Assembly: GCF_041956535.1 (NCBI RefSeq)
Contig: NW_027192202.1
Span: 521,474 to 585,473 of the forward strand
Direction: 5' to 3'
Source of the DNA: Calcarisporiella thermophila CBS 279.70
Taxonomy: Eukaryota > Fungi > Calcarisporiellomycota
DNA length: 64,000 bases
Below are positions 11,927 through 25,037 of the stretch, piece by piece. Every line of letters starts with the position of its first letter. Position 1 is the first letter of the stretch. The notes under the pieces were generated by a model. That model was not told the origin of the DNA. It saw only the letters and a list, made by a program, of their open reading frames with translations, and ran no database searches. A program made the translations under genes and the position numbers.

Positions 11927-13839
11927 ATGGTCTCGCGACGTGCTCTCCCTCTAATTTCGCGGAGCCCATCGCGCCTCCTCCAGACCTCCTGCCACCCGCC
12001 ATCCTTCTCGATCTATGCTCACTGGCCATACTGCGCTCAAAAGTGTGTTTATTGTGCATTCAACAAATATGTGAACCCTCGCGTGGATCACGATCGCATG
12101 CGAAATGCCCTTGTAAGCGAACTACGAGAGGAGCTGCGAGAATACAGGGGCAGACCAGTTAACAGTATTTATTTTGGCGGTTCGTGATATAGAGCAATGT
12201 TACCGAGCTGGTTGATCTATTCTTCTCCAAGCTAATCTGCTTCTCTGGTTAAATAGGAGGCACTCCTAGTAAGTATGAATCCTAGTTGCTTTAGCAGCTG
12301 CATTCGCAGCCTTGCAAAAATATTGGACACTCACCTTGTGCATTGAATCCTTACTGGGTTTATTTCAAGCACTGGCTCTGGTATTTTTCCTCTCCCTTTT
12401 CACGAATCGGCTCCTTCATAACTCACATTTTTCTCTCTCCCCCCCCCCCCAGCCCTCGACATTCGAGGCAATTCTAGACGAGATTCGAAGTGTTTGCGAT
12501 ATCACACCCGATACAGAAATCACTATCGAAGTAAGTATATCGGCTGTTTCCGCTTGACTCGTTTACGAGCCCACGCTAATGCAAACCCCGTACCTCGGCT
12601 GGCCCTAGGGAAATCCCACGGTAAATGATGTCTGCTCCCTACTCTGCATGATTTGAAGCATTCTCAATAGTGTGTTGATCACATTCAGTCAGTGGAAGCC
12701 GATAGATTGCGCGAATTTGCTGCTCTAGGAGTGAATCGCGTCTCGCTGGGGATCCAGTCTTTTAACGACAATATATTAAAACTGTTGGGTAAAGCACTTT
12801 TGGTTTCGTTAAGAGTGGAGACGAACTGGTGGCTATACAAAGCTGTGCTCAACCTCTCACGTGAATAGGCCGAGATCATTCAGCTAAGGAGGCACTCCGG
12901 GCATTGCACCTAGCAAAGCGGCATTTCCCTCGGACGAGCTTTGATTTGATTTACGGACGCGGGGATGATTTGGAAGAGTGGAAAAGGGAACTGAGGCATG
13001 CTCTGGAACTGGCTGGAGAACACGTGTCCATGTACCAGCTCACCGTGGAACGAGGGACTCCGTAAGCTCCTCTTTTGCTACACGATTTTCTTTTTTTTTT
13101 TTTCACCGTAGTAAATTTTGTCGTCGGTTTTCCAGGTTTTTCAACGACGTGGAGGCCAAGCGTATTCGAATGCCAGACGAGGATGTCCTCTCCGAGTTCT
13201 ATGAGGTGACGGTGCAGATCGCTCAAGACTTCGGCTTCACCCACTACGAAGTCTCCTCGTTTGCACGGCATCCCCGCGCAGTGAGCCGCCACAATTTCGG
13301 ATACTGGAGAGGTCTTGATTACATTGGCATTGGGCCGGGGGCGCATGGGCGTGTGTGGGACCGAGAGGAGGGCAAAGGAAAACGAAACTTCCGGATCCCC
13401 CACCCGGAAACCTGGATGCGGCACTGTGAACAGCTTGGAAATGGGTAGCTACCGCATTCCTCAATGTTTAGAAAAGAATGGGTTTATAAATTCGTGTGCA
13501 AATAGGTTGCGAAAAAGCGTAAGTTTGCCACGGAGCACCTTCCAGGACGAGCTTGTTCTCCTAGCCCTGCGCACAACCCTCGGCATCCCCAACTCCCGTT
13601 TCTCTGCTTTGACGGGGATTCGGTTGAAAGACGCCCTGGATATGGAAGAAGTCGCAACCCTGATCGAAGGAGGGTTCTTAGTATGGGACGAGGAGGGGGA
13701 GGGAGAGCTGAAACGAGCCTGGTTCACTGAGGTGGTGGGGGAGAGGGAGGTGGGGAGTGGCGGGCTACGGCCGACAGCCAAAGGTTTGCAGATGGCGGAC
13801 GAGATAGTCCCGCGCATCTTGAGAACCCATGTAGGATAG
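11927..13839 (+). CDS. Radical SAM HemN-like heme chaperone (HemW/RSAD1)
   Basis: SIYAHWPYCAQKCVYCAF (CX3CX2C), SIYFGGGTP, EGNP, GVNRVSLGIQSF, DLIYG, HVSMYQLTVE, YEVSSFA, HNFGYW..YIGIGPGAHG. Confidence 0.92.
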
Positions 13840-14156
13840 ATAGATCTTGTATATACAGAGGTTGATTTCATTTACGTTGACCAAACGCCCCCCGTCCATA
13901 TCCCTGTCTTTTCTCGACCTACTTTGTTTCATTATTTATTTTACGAAACCGAAATAATGGAAACAAAAACAAAAGAATAGAAATCAGAGGAAAAAAAAAA
14001 AGAAATGCTTAATGAATTGTCCCAACATTACACGCAAAAATAATCCTGATATTGCCTCGTTCCTTAAGGGAACGAGAGCAGGCAGCCATGATGCGAGAAG
14101 TGGTCGCTTCCGAAGCGACCATCTCAACACATCCGAGCAAGCATAATCTTCCCGTT

Positions 14157-14730
14157 TTACTTGGATCCGAATGGCTCGCCGATGTTCTTCCCCCTTAACT
14201 TCACGCCCAGAATTCGCTCCAGCTTGCCCAAAATCTGGTTGTTAGGAATCGCACGACCCATCTCGTAGTCGTTGATGATGTTGGCCTTTTCGTTAATGCG
14301 CTGGGCCAGATCTTTTTGTGTGAGGTTCTTCTCCTGTCGCGCCTTCTGGATTGCCCTACCGACGCTTATATCGATCTTGGGCGGAGGGGCTACCTCATTC
14401 TCGCGATCGATCTTGGCGAGATGCTGGTGGTCCGATCCAGAGTGCTTATTGCCAGTACCTATCTTTTTGTCTGTTGACACGACCGCTCCAGCCTAATGGA
14501 TGCAAAAAAACCGTCAATGATCTTGGGTAATGATGATCATTAGGATTTTTTTGTACGTACACGTCGAGCGGCATTAATGTCCGCAGCGCTCCTGGCGGTA
14601 ACGGCACGATCGGCCTTTTTACGGAGAACCTGTTCAGATTATTTATGAAAAAAATGAGTTATTCTGTTCAGATCTCCTCCGAATGAAAAATGATCTTTAC
14701 AGTAACATCGTCCCATCCAACGTTGCTCAT
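14157..14730 (-). CDS. MBF1: Multiprotein bridging factor 1
   Basis: [14 protein letters not shown]..; C-terminal [52 protein letters not shown]. Confidence 0.96.
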
Positions 14731-15035
14731 GATGATTGATTATTTAGAGTGCGTCAAAAAAGGGGGGTCGCGTAGGAAGGAAAAGGTGAAAACAACTAAA
14801 AAAGGGGAGTCGATCAAGCGATGTGGTATATATATATCCACGGTCGAAACTCGTAGAAAAATTAGAATTGTATTCCGCAGCTCAGGATGATGTAAGAGCC
14901 GAAATTTCTGCCTGGCATGGTAATTTTTGACGAGTTGACTAATAGGAGGGTCCAAAGAAGGGTGCACAGTTCCTCTTTTATTAGAAGGATTTATAAAACA
15001 AAAGACGCAAAAGAAAAAGGAAAAAATGAAGCCCC

Positions 15036-15899
15036 TTAAGCGCGGGCGGCAGCCTCGAAGTAGGCCTGGAGAGTGCCGTGAGGGCGAAGGAACTTGACAT
15101 GAGCACCATCAAGAAGAACACGACCCTGCTGGCGGGCCTCCACGTATTCCTCGCGAGAGAGCTTGGTGAAGCCCCACTTCTTGGAAATGATGATCTTTTG
15201 ACGTCCAGGGAACTTGTACTTGGAGCTAAGGATGTAAATAAAGAAACAAATAAACATCGATGTCTTGGATATTCTGTGTCATCATAATGAGAAAGAAAAA
15301 TTACCGGCGAAGAGCCTCAATCACAACAGCCTTGTTCTGGTCCTTGGAGCGGATCGAGAAGATGATCTGGCCAATGTTCACACGAGCAACAGTGCCGTTG
15401 GGCTTGCCAAAAGCGCCACGCATACCGGTCTGCAATCTATGGGAGAAACAGCAGGCGATGGTAAGAATGTCTATTGTCTTCCAGGCGATCGTATAGAAGT
15501 TTGATACGCACCTATCAGCACCGGCGCACGACAACATCTTGTTGATGCGGATAACATGGAAGGGATGCACACGCACACGCATGTGGAAGGAATCCTTACC
15601 GGCCATCTTCGTGATGTACTTGTTAGCACAGATACGGCCAGCCTCAAGAGCTTCGGAGGAAAGCTGCTGGTATTCGTCGGACACGAGATGGACGCACAGA
15701 GGGAAATCATCAACGGAAGCCTTCTTACGACCGAGATCGTAGATCCTGATCTTGGGGTCTGAATTCAAAAATTAGTCAGTGATCAATCTCTTGCGCATGT
15801 TTGACAGAGGGACTCACCAGGAACACCACGGCAGAACCGCGACTTGGGATACGGCTTGTTCTTGCAGTACCTGTAGCAGCGAGCAGGACGGCGACCCAT
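15036..15899 (-). CDS. RPL10: 60S ribosomal protein uL16
   Basis: [61 protein letters not shown]../[10 protein letters not shown]. Confidence 0.98.
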
Positions 15900-16211
15900 C
15901 TTTGTTTTCTAAAATCACACAAAATTGCCGGAAAAAATAGTCAGTAAAAAGTCATCTACTCCAAACGTCATATCTAGAAGTCCATCCATCCATCCATCCA
16001 TCCATCGTTGTCCTTTCAAATTCTACTTGATATATGCCTGGTGGGTGTGCCCAGCAACAACTTACCTTCGATTACTAAAGGATGTGGGGAGAGAACGAAC
16101 TCGCTGACGGGCAAAGAAAGCAGCTCTTTTACTCTCACTCAAAATTGCTGCGCCACATACCCTATATCCAACACGGAGCAATTTGTGCCTACTATCTTTG
16201 CGTGGGGCATC

Positions 16212-16746
16212 ATGAATGGGAACACGCCGGCGATCGGTGATCTTCCCTCGGAAGTAAATGCATTGCGAGAGTCATTTGAGGTTGCATTTCTGCATCCCTG
16301 TTTTCATTTTCCAGCTAGCTTATGCTTCGTTGCTCTACTCTTAGGAGATCCTGTTGGATGTCAGCACGATCGTGGAGAACTATCGAAATTCAGCTAAATT
16401 GTACGAGTAGCTATTGGAGCTCACACATCTTTCTCTTAACAATTTTTTTCCATACACTAGAGGCGTCCCCCATATAATGACGCGACCGCCTGAGAACACC
16501 CTGAAGCAGCTTCTCGAGCGGAGGGGTAAATTCGAGTCGAGCTGCGATCAAATTTATTTGGAGCTCACTCAAATTCGGAGCTGGCTTGAAGACCAGAAGA
16601 GAAAACAGCAGCAAGAACAGCAACAAGAGCAACAGCAAGAACAGGAACAGCAAAATCCACAGCAACAAGAGCAGCAGCCTATGCAGGAGGATAGTCAAGA
16701 GCAGGTACTAGAACCGCTGGAAGAACTGATGCAAGACCTAGTATAA
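16212..16746 (+). CDS. Small helical protein with Q/E-rich tail, possibly Mediator Med29/Med2-like (3 exons)
   Basis: Spliced MNGNTPAIGDLPSEVNALRESFE/EILLDVSTIVENYRNSAKLYE/GVPH..KFESSCDQIYLEL; F..xCDQ motif recalls Med29; divergent from RPL10. Confidence 0.55.
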
Positions 16747-16989
16747 GGTCTGGGGTTCTGTTGGAAGTAGTGACTATTATGTCACGAATTCCAGTCTCGA
16801 ATTTTCCTCCCTCAACAATGGAACCACAGTGGGATACTTGCGGGATATTCATTAAGTGACGTATTCTGTTTTCGAAAAATTGGTGTTCTAAAATTTTTTT
16901 GTCCTTTTTGTTGTCGGTTTACTTTTGCAAAGAGGTAGTTCTTTCCTTTCCCTTGTGTCGTTCAACCGTCATCTACTGGTTGATCATCA

Positions 16990-17093
16990 TAAAAAACTAT
17001 AAAAAAATATAAAAAATATAAAAAGAAAAAATATATTTTTCTTTTTACCTGTATACCTTTAAAAAACTAAAAAAAAACTAAAAAGCAAAAAAA
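16990..17093 (+). promoter_or_regulatory. A-rich 5' leader of PAB1 (candidate autoregulatory element)
   Basis: Clustered A5-A9 runs 50-150 nt upstream of the PAB1 ATG; A-rich 5'UTRs are known in yeast and human PABP genes. Confidence 0.55.
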
Positions 17094-17126
17094 TATCCTT
17101 GGTATAGTTTTTTTGCATATATATAA

Positions 17127-19140
<2,014 letters not shown>

Positions 19141-19483
19141 AGGATTTTCAGTACAGGCTAGGCATATTACACCCGTTATGGTTCACATGCTCACCGAACT
19201 TTCCATTTTTTTTTTCTTCTTCTTGTATGCCTCTCTGGTATTTGGGGGTGGGTAGCTTTGTGGTTGTGTTTTTTTTTACATTTTCAACTTAAAGTTTCTT
19301 AAGCTGTCAATATGACAATGAAATGTGTATGAGATTTCATTATACATTTAGTTTTTTAATTATCATCAATGCTTGCACACAAACTTGTGGGTGAAAAACA
19401 AAGACGGAATACAAACAGAGGGGGGGGGGGAGCAAAATCTAATCTTGTTTCCGCACCTACTTCTATGCAACCTTCTATCACAT

Positions 19484-19830
19484 TGTATGCTGAGTATTTC
19501 GTCTTTGCTTGTCCACAGCGTGGCTCGAGTAAAATTTGGCAAGGGGTGCTTGGTGTTTGCATGAGCTGAGCCTATCTTTTTTACCTCCTGTTTTCTCGTG
19601 GAAGTCGGCGGCCGGAGAACATCGGGAGAACAGTGATTCACTTTTACCCAAAGGTTCCTTTCCTGTACGGTTGAGTCAACATACTGAAAACGAACACAGT
19701 TTGGTCGTTGTGCCACTGCTGTTGATCGTGAAAGGCAGTCACAAGGGGGGCTTGGATTGTCAAGGTCAACCAAATACGAGGAACTTACTGGTTGACCAAG
19801 TGAATAACGAGAGGTAATTCGGCTCACACC
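19484..19830 (+). ncRNA. Candidate structured RNA of unknown family
   Basis: Nested helices 19562-70/19818-26, 19581-87/19811-17, 19588-97/19624-33, 19636-43/19798-805, 19764-72/19789-97, plus a 5' hairpin 19489-19554; non-WC pairs in these helices are G-U on the + strand. Confidence 0.55.
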
Positions 19831-19872
19831 AACCTGCCTGGGGATTGAGATTGCAATTACAACAGCAATATT

Positions 19873-21529
19873 ATGCTCAAAACCATGCTAAGGCCGGCCT
19901 GGGGTTTGGTTTATTGTACCAATCGCTTGGGCTTGTCACGAACAATACCTAGCTGTTACTATAGTGTAGCAAGTGCGATCGAGCCTGTAAAAGAAGACAC
20001 TAAAAACGCAGGTATGCAAATTCTCGTTACAGATTGATTAGAACATTACTGAACAATGTTCTCAATAGAAAATGCTCCCCGCATCACCCGGGATGCCATC
20101 TATGTCAATAGCAACACTTATCCGACCGATTCCTACACCAATATAACACCCTCCATTCTCGCAAAAACCACACGACGTCTACATCTTAATCCTCGACATC
20201 CAGTCAGCATCGTGCGGTCTCTAATAGAGTCCCATTTTGGTCACTTTACTCCTTTCAACAACTTTTCTCCCGTCGTAACTACTCGCCAGAATTTCGACGA
20301 CCTTGGGTTTCCTGCCGATCACCCGGGTCGTGCGCCCTCCGACACCTATTACTTGAATGAAAATATACTACTTAGAACACATACCAGCGCTCATCAGCTA
20401 GAGGGGCTAAGGAGCGGGAAGAGCAAATTTTTGATCAGTGCCGATGTATATCGACGAGACGAGATCGATGCAACTCACTATCCTGTGTTCCACCAGATGG
20501 AAGGATTCCAATACTTCGAGGCGAAAGCGGTCGAAGAGCAGATAAAGGCAGACATGGCCTTGAGAAAAAATGGCCAATGGGACAGATATGCTCAGGACGA
20601 GACCAGAATCTCGGACCAGAATCCTATACAGGCTTGCCATGATCCGGTCGCCTCCCACCTCGTAGGTAATCATTTGAAGTGGGCCTTGGAGGGAATGATC
20701 CGATCGGTATTTGGCCTAGCATCGAATGGCTCCGAGGACATCAAGGTGCGGTGGATTGATGCGTACTTCCCTTTCACGAGTCCGAGCTGGGAAATGGAGG
20801 TGTTTTTCCGAGGACAGTGGCTGGAAGTTTGTGGATGTGGCGTGGTGCAGCAGAACATCATGAACATGGCGGGTAAGGCCGAGTCTATCTTTTATTCTGA
20901 AGATTTGAACTGCGAAAGAGAACACATTTGAATGATTTTTATGCTGAAAATAGGACTGCACGAGAAAATCGGATGGGCTTTTGGGTTTGGACTCGAGCGC
21001 ATCGCTATGGTGCTCTTTGAAATACCCGATATCCGTCTGTTCTGGTCAACCGATGAGCGCTTTCTTTCCCAGTTTCAGCCCGGGACGATCACCAAATTCC
21101 AGCCATTCTCCAAGTTTCCACCTTGTCCCAAGGACGTCAGCTTCTGGCTAAATGATCCAAACCGTTTCCACGAGAATGACATTTGTTCGGTGATACGCGA
21201 GGTGGCAGGGGATATTGTTGAAGATGTGAAAAAGGTGAGCATCATTACGAGTCTCTTGTGCGCTTTGCAATCACCGACTTACCTTTTATTTGCAGATCGA
21301 CGATTTCACGCATCCCAAAACAAATCGAAGGAGCCTTTGTTATAGAATTGTCTACCGCTCTATGGACAGGTAAGGAACCCAATATCCCACATGGAAAAAA
21401 ACAGCTGAATTGATAACAATGATTATATAACCCCACTCCTGTAGAAATGTTACGAATGATGAGATCAATTCAATCCAAGAGAAGGTTAGGCAGGAGATTG
21501 TTGAGAAATTGAATGTAGAATTACGATAG
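19873..21529 (+). CDS. MSF1: Mitochondrial phenylalanyl-tRNA synthetase
   Basis: Presequence-like N-terminus; [78 protein letters not shown] tail ending VELR. Confidence 0.96.
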
Positions 21530-21691
21530 TATCATGAAAGTTTATTGAATAAAAAGCAAAATTGGGAATTAAAAAGTGAATTAATTTTGCTGCGCCAACC
21601 AGAGGTGCCTTGCCATTTATTGTCACTCTAGCTACCAACTCTGTTCAGTCGAAATATTACTTAATACATTGGTTTATTTCCTCCCACGGAC

Positions 21692-23637
21692 ATGGAGAGA
21701 TCGCCCACATCGAGTAATGGTCCCTCCAACAGCCACTCGCCCGCCAAAACTGCTCAAAAGAAACCGAAGAAGCAGCCGAAGAAGCTCAAGCCTGAAGAAC
21801 TGAATGCAATGATTCAAGATAAAATTTCGCAGCTGGAGACAGAGAGTACTCAGGAGGATGAACAGGAAAAAGATATTGGTAAGTACGATGAGCAAAGCGG
21901 TGGAAAAATGATATTCTGGCATTGGATCTCCCTTCTGCTCTTTCTTTGTAACCTTTTGCTCGCCTGCAAACGGACGGCGAGAAATCGCATTTGAAAGAGC
22001 ATTCTATAACTTAATTTTACGTGTCTAAAGAAAACGTTGCGTCTACACTTGCTCCATCTATTTTTGAGCCTATTACTAACCGAATTTCTGCTTCCAATGC
22101 TTAGCCAAGGCTATTCGTAAGGCAAACAAAGAGATTACCCAGATAATTCAGTCCGAGGGAGAAGATAAGCTGAGCACGATTCACCAGAAGTACATGGAGC
22201 TGGTAAATGTCATTTCCCTTTGTTTATCCTCCCCTCCTGAGGAATTTTGAGCAACAGCTTGGAATGCATTTTATTGAGTATCTCTTCAACACCAAAAAAT
22301 ATTTAGATACAGGAGTCGAAGCGCCTTGAGCATGACCATGCGCGGCTGAAGAAGAAGCATGAGCTACTGCAGAAAGAGAAGGACTCTGGTTAGTGGATTC
22401 CCAATGGGCGGAATGCCATGGCACTCATTCTTTTATTTCCTTACAGCCAAATCTGAATTGTCCAAAGTTAGCTCTCTGAAAAACAAGCTAGAGAATCTGT
22501 GTCGAGAATTACAGAAAGAGAACAAGCGGATTAAGGTCTAATAGCTGCGCTGTTTGGTGGGTCATGTCATCTTTTATTTACACGCAGTGGTTCTTATTAT
22601 TAGGAAGAGAGCAAATGGTTGGCCATCACAGAACAGAAGAAGCGGGAAGAGCTCTCGACAAAGTTTGAGAACCGCCTATGGGAAATTAAGCAAAAGTTGG
22701 AGGAGGATTCAGATGAGACTAAGCGGCGGGCTGAAGACAATGAAGTGTAAGTTCTCAAGGCATCGTTTCTGGCAGGGAACAATGACCTAACACTGTGGTT
22801 GGCTAGTTTAAAGGATCAGTTTAAGAGTATCTTGGAGGAATTTGAGCTACGAGAACAGCATTTTAGTTGGGTTCTTAAATCCAAAGATCTAGAGCTGCAG
22901 CTTTATGAAGCGAAACTAGAACAACAACGACAGCTGACCGAGCAGGAGGTGGTGAAGGCAAGGATTTTTCATTTTGGCAATCCCTTCGTGCTCCTGTGCA
23001 CTTACTCCACATTATTCATTAGGCGTCGCAACTTAAGCAGGCAGAGTCCGAGTTACGAAAGCAGCTTAATCTCTACGTGGAGAAATTCAAACAGGTCGAG
23101 GAAACCCTCAACAAGAGCAACCAACTCTTCCTCACGTTTAGACGTGAAATGGAGCTGATGACCAAGAAGGCACGAAAACTTGAAAAGGAAAACACAACCA
23201 TTCGAACAAAATGTGATACTATGAACCGGAATTTACTGGAAATGGCAGAAGAGGTAAACCACTCTTTTTCCGCCTATATGCAAAGCATTTGGTAAACCCT
23301 ATTTCGTTTAGCATTCGAAGCACGAGAAAGCACTAGAGGAGGCGAATAAGAAGAAGACCAAGCTGGAGAATTTGTGCCGAGCACTCCAGGTAAGTTATTT
23401 CCACGAGATAGCTTCCGTAACCCAGAATTTAACCCGCGCCCCTATTCTCTTAACAATCCAAAGGCGGAGCGCACTTCTCTCAAGAAGAAACTCGAACAAT
23501 ATGAACCTTTAACGGCAAATGTGTCGGGTCAGCAATCGCGCTCAGACACGCCCGACTCAGTTGACCAAGGGTCCAAGGAGGGAGGTGAAGAAGATGGCGG
23601 GAATGAGAAAGAGGAGCAGAGGAAGGGTGGAGTGTAA
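21692..23637 (+). CDS. Taxilin family coiled-coil protein
   Basis: KNKLENLCRELQKENK, FELREQHF, YVEKFKQVEETLNKSNQLFLTFRREMELMTKKARKLEKE, KLENLCRALQ. Confidence 0.9.
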
Positions 23638-23909
23638 CGAGAAGAGGAGGCATGGTATCTGGCTTTTTTTTTTTTGCTCACCATTATTGTAGATTTTTGT
23701 TGATATTCAAGGTGTGCTTTTTATGACAATAAATTGAACCTTAACGAGCAATAGTTATCACCTCCTATTGCTGTGAGTGTGATACAAGTTAACTGCACTT
23801 GTAAATAGATCACGTTAGTGCAATTAATATATACTAAAGGAATTATAATATTTAGTCGTAGAGTTTGTTATATGAGCATATCGTATTTGAGGAAGAATTT
23901 AGATACCTA

Positions 23910-24701
23910 TACCTGTATCTTGAAATGAGGTGGCTAGAATATAATAGATTATCTAGCCACAATACTCAAGTTATATTTCTAAACTGCTTAAAGGATATGA
24001 CAAAATGAAAAAAGAATGGACACAATGATTAAATAGAGGGATATAATTTTCAATTTCAGAGTGCTTCAGATTGGCCTATATCCGAGATTTTAAAGGGGAT
24101 GGATATATTTTAGATATTTAAAGATTATTTAGGTTTAGGAGACACTATATTTTCGTAGTAAGATGGAAGAGCGAGCAATACCGAAGTGTGAGATAGCAGC
24201 CGGAGGTATTGTTTATCGAAAGCAAGAAGAACAAATTGAAATCTTACTCATCGAGGATCATTATGGGCGTTGGACCTTGCCCAAGGGGAAAAAGGAGGAT
24301 GGCGAAACTGATGAAGAAAATGCCTTGAGAGAAATTAAAGAAGAAACCGGAATTGATGGAAAAATTATCGAAGAGTTACTTACTATCGAGTATCAATACG
24401 ACCACCCCACTCATGGTACGATAAATAAACGGGTTGTATATTATCTAGTGGAGGCGGTCGGTGGTTCTGCAACTCCACAGCTTGAAGAAATTCTTAATGC
24501 GGCATGGTTTACAGCGGATGCTGCCTATAAACTTCAACAAGAAAAAGGCTACGAAAACAATCACGCTGTCTTTTGCACTGCATTTAACAAGCTTAACCAT
24601 ATTCCGGAATAAAAATATAGCTTTATAACCGTTATAAATGCTATCTAAAATCGACGAAAAATTAGGCCAAGCATTTTTGTCATAATATCAAGATACAGGT
24701 A
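23910..24701. mobile_element. Candidate inverted-repeat-bounded cassette carrying the Nudix gene
   Basis: TACCTGTATCTTGA (23910-23923) and its exact reverse complement TCAAGATACAGGTA (24688-24701); no transposase inside. Confidence 0.35.
24163..24612 (+). CDS. Nudix hydrolase, intronless, bacterial-like (Ap4A hydrolase-like)
   Basis: AAGGIVY, WTLPKG and an intact Nudix box GKKEDGETDEENALREIKEETGI; single exon in an AT-rich island. Confidence 0.92.
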   Translation: MEERAIPKCEIAAGGIVYRKQEEQIEILLIEDHYGRWTLPKGKKEDGETDEENALREIKEETGIDGKIIEELLTIEYQYDHPTHGTINKRVVYYLVEAVGGSATPQLEEILNAAWFTADAAYKLQQEKGYENNHAVFCTAFNKLNHIPE

Positions 24702-25037
24702 AATCCATTTGAACTAATTATGTACTATTGTGGGCTATGGCTGAGAGTTCTCTTTTGTATATGTTCAAATTACTTTTAACCACAAATTATATGCAAGTTG
24801 AAATAATTATATATTCAATCGAAAGCTCCAAGGGCTTGTTGAAACATCAATTCCACCATTATATAACATAATCACCAGCCAAGGTATATTTAAAAGATAG
24901 ATAAAAGATAGATAAAGGATTTCTTGTGATAGCACTGAGTAGAAAAAATATATTTAGAAATACAATGGTAGAAAGCAAGCTGAGTCGCTCGCAGGTATAT
25001 TCCAAATATATTTATAGAAAAGAATTCTTCAAACTAG

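Noticed and set aside
15226-15304. ATGATGA (box C-like) in an RPL10 intron; NOP56 introns also inspected for snoRNAs
   Set aside because: No matching downstream CTGA/box pair or terminal stem
19541-19590. GGGGTGCTTG...TGAGCTGAG resembles the 5' half of a TPP riboswitch
   Set aside because: Lacks UGAGA-AUACCC and the ACCUGAU...UAAU...GCG 3' half; the neighbouring genes are unrelated to thiamine
19598-19826. GGAAGTCGG / AATTCGGCTCA and ACAAGGGGGGCTT resemble RNase P/MRP conserved regions; telomerase RNA also considered
   Set aside because: Helix order and spacing do not fit P1-P4 topology, and there is no CTAACCC-type template; left unassigned
19366-19827. 153-aa minus-strand ORF over the structured region
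   Set aside because: GTG start, no recognisable domain, runs through low-complexity sequence
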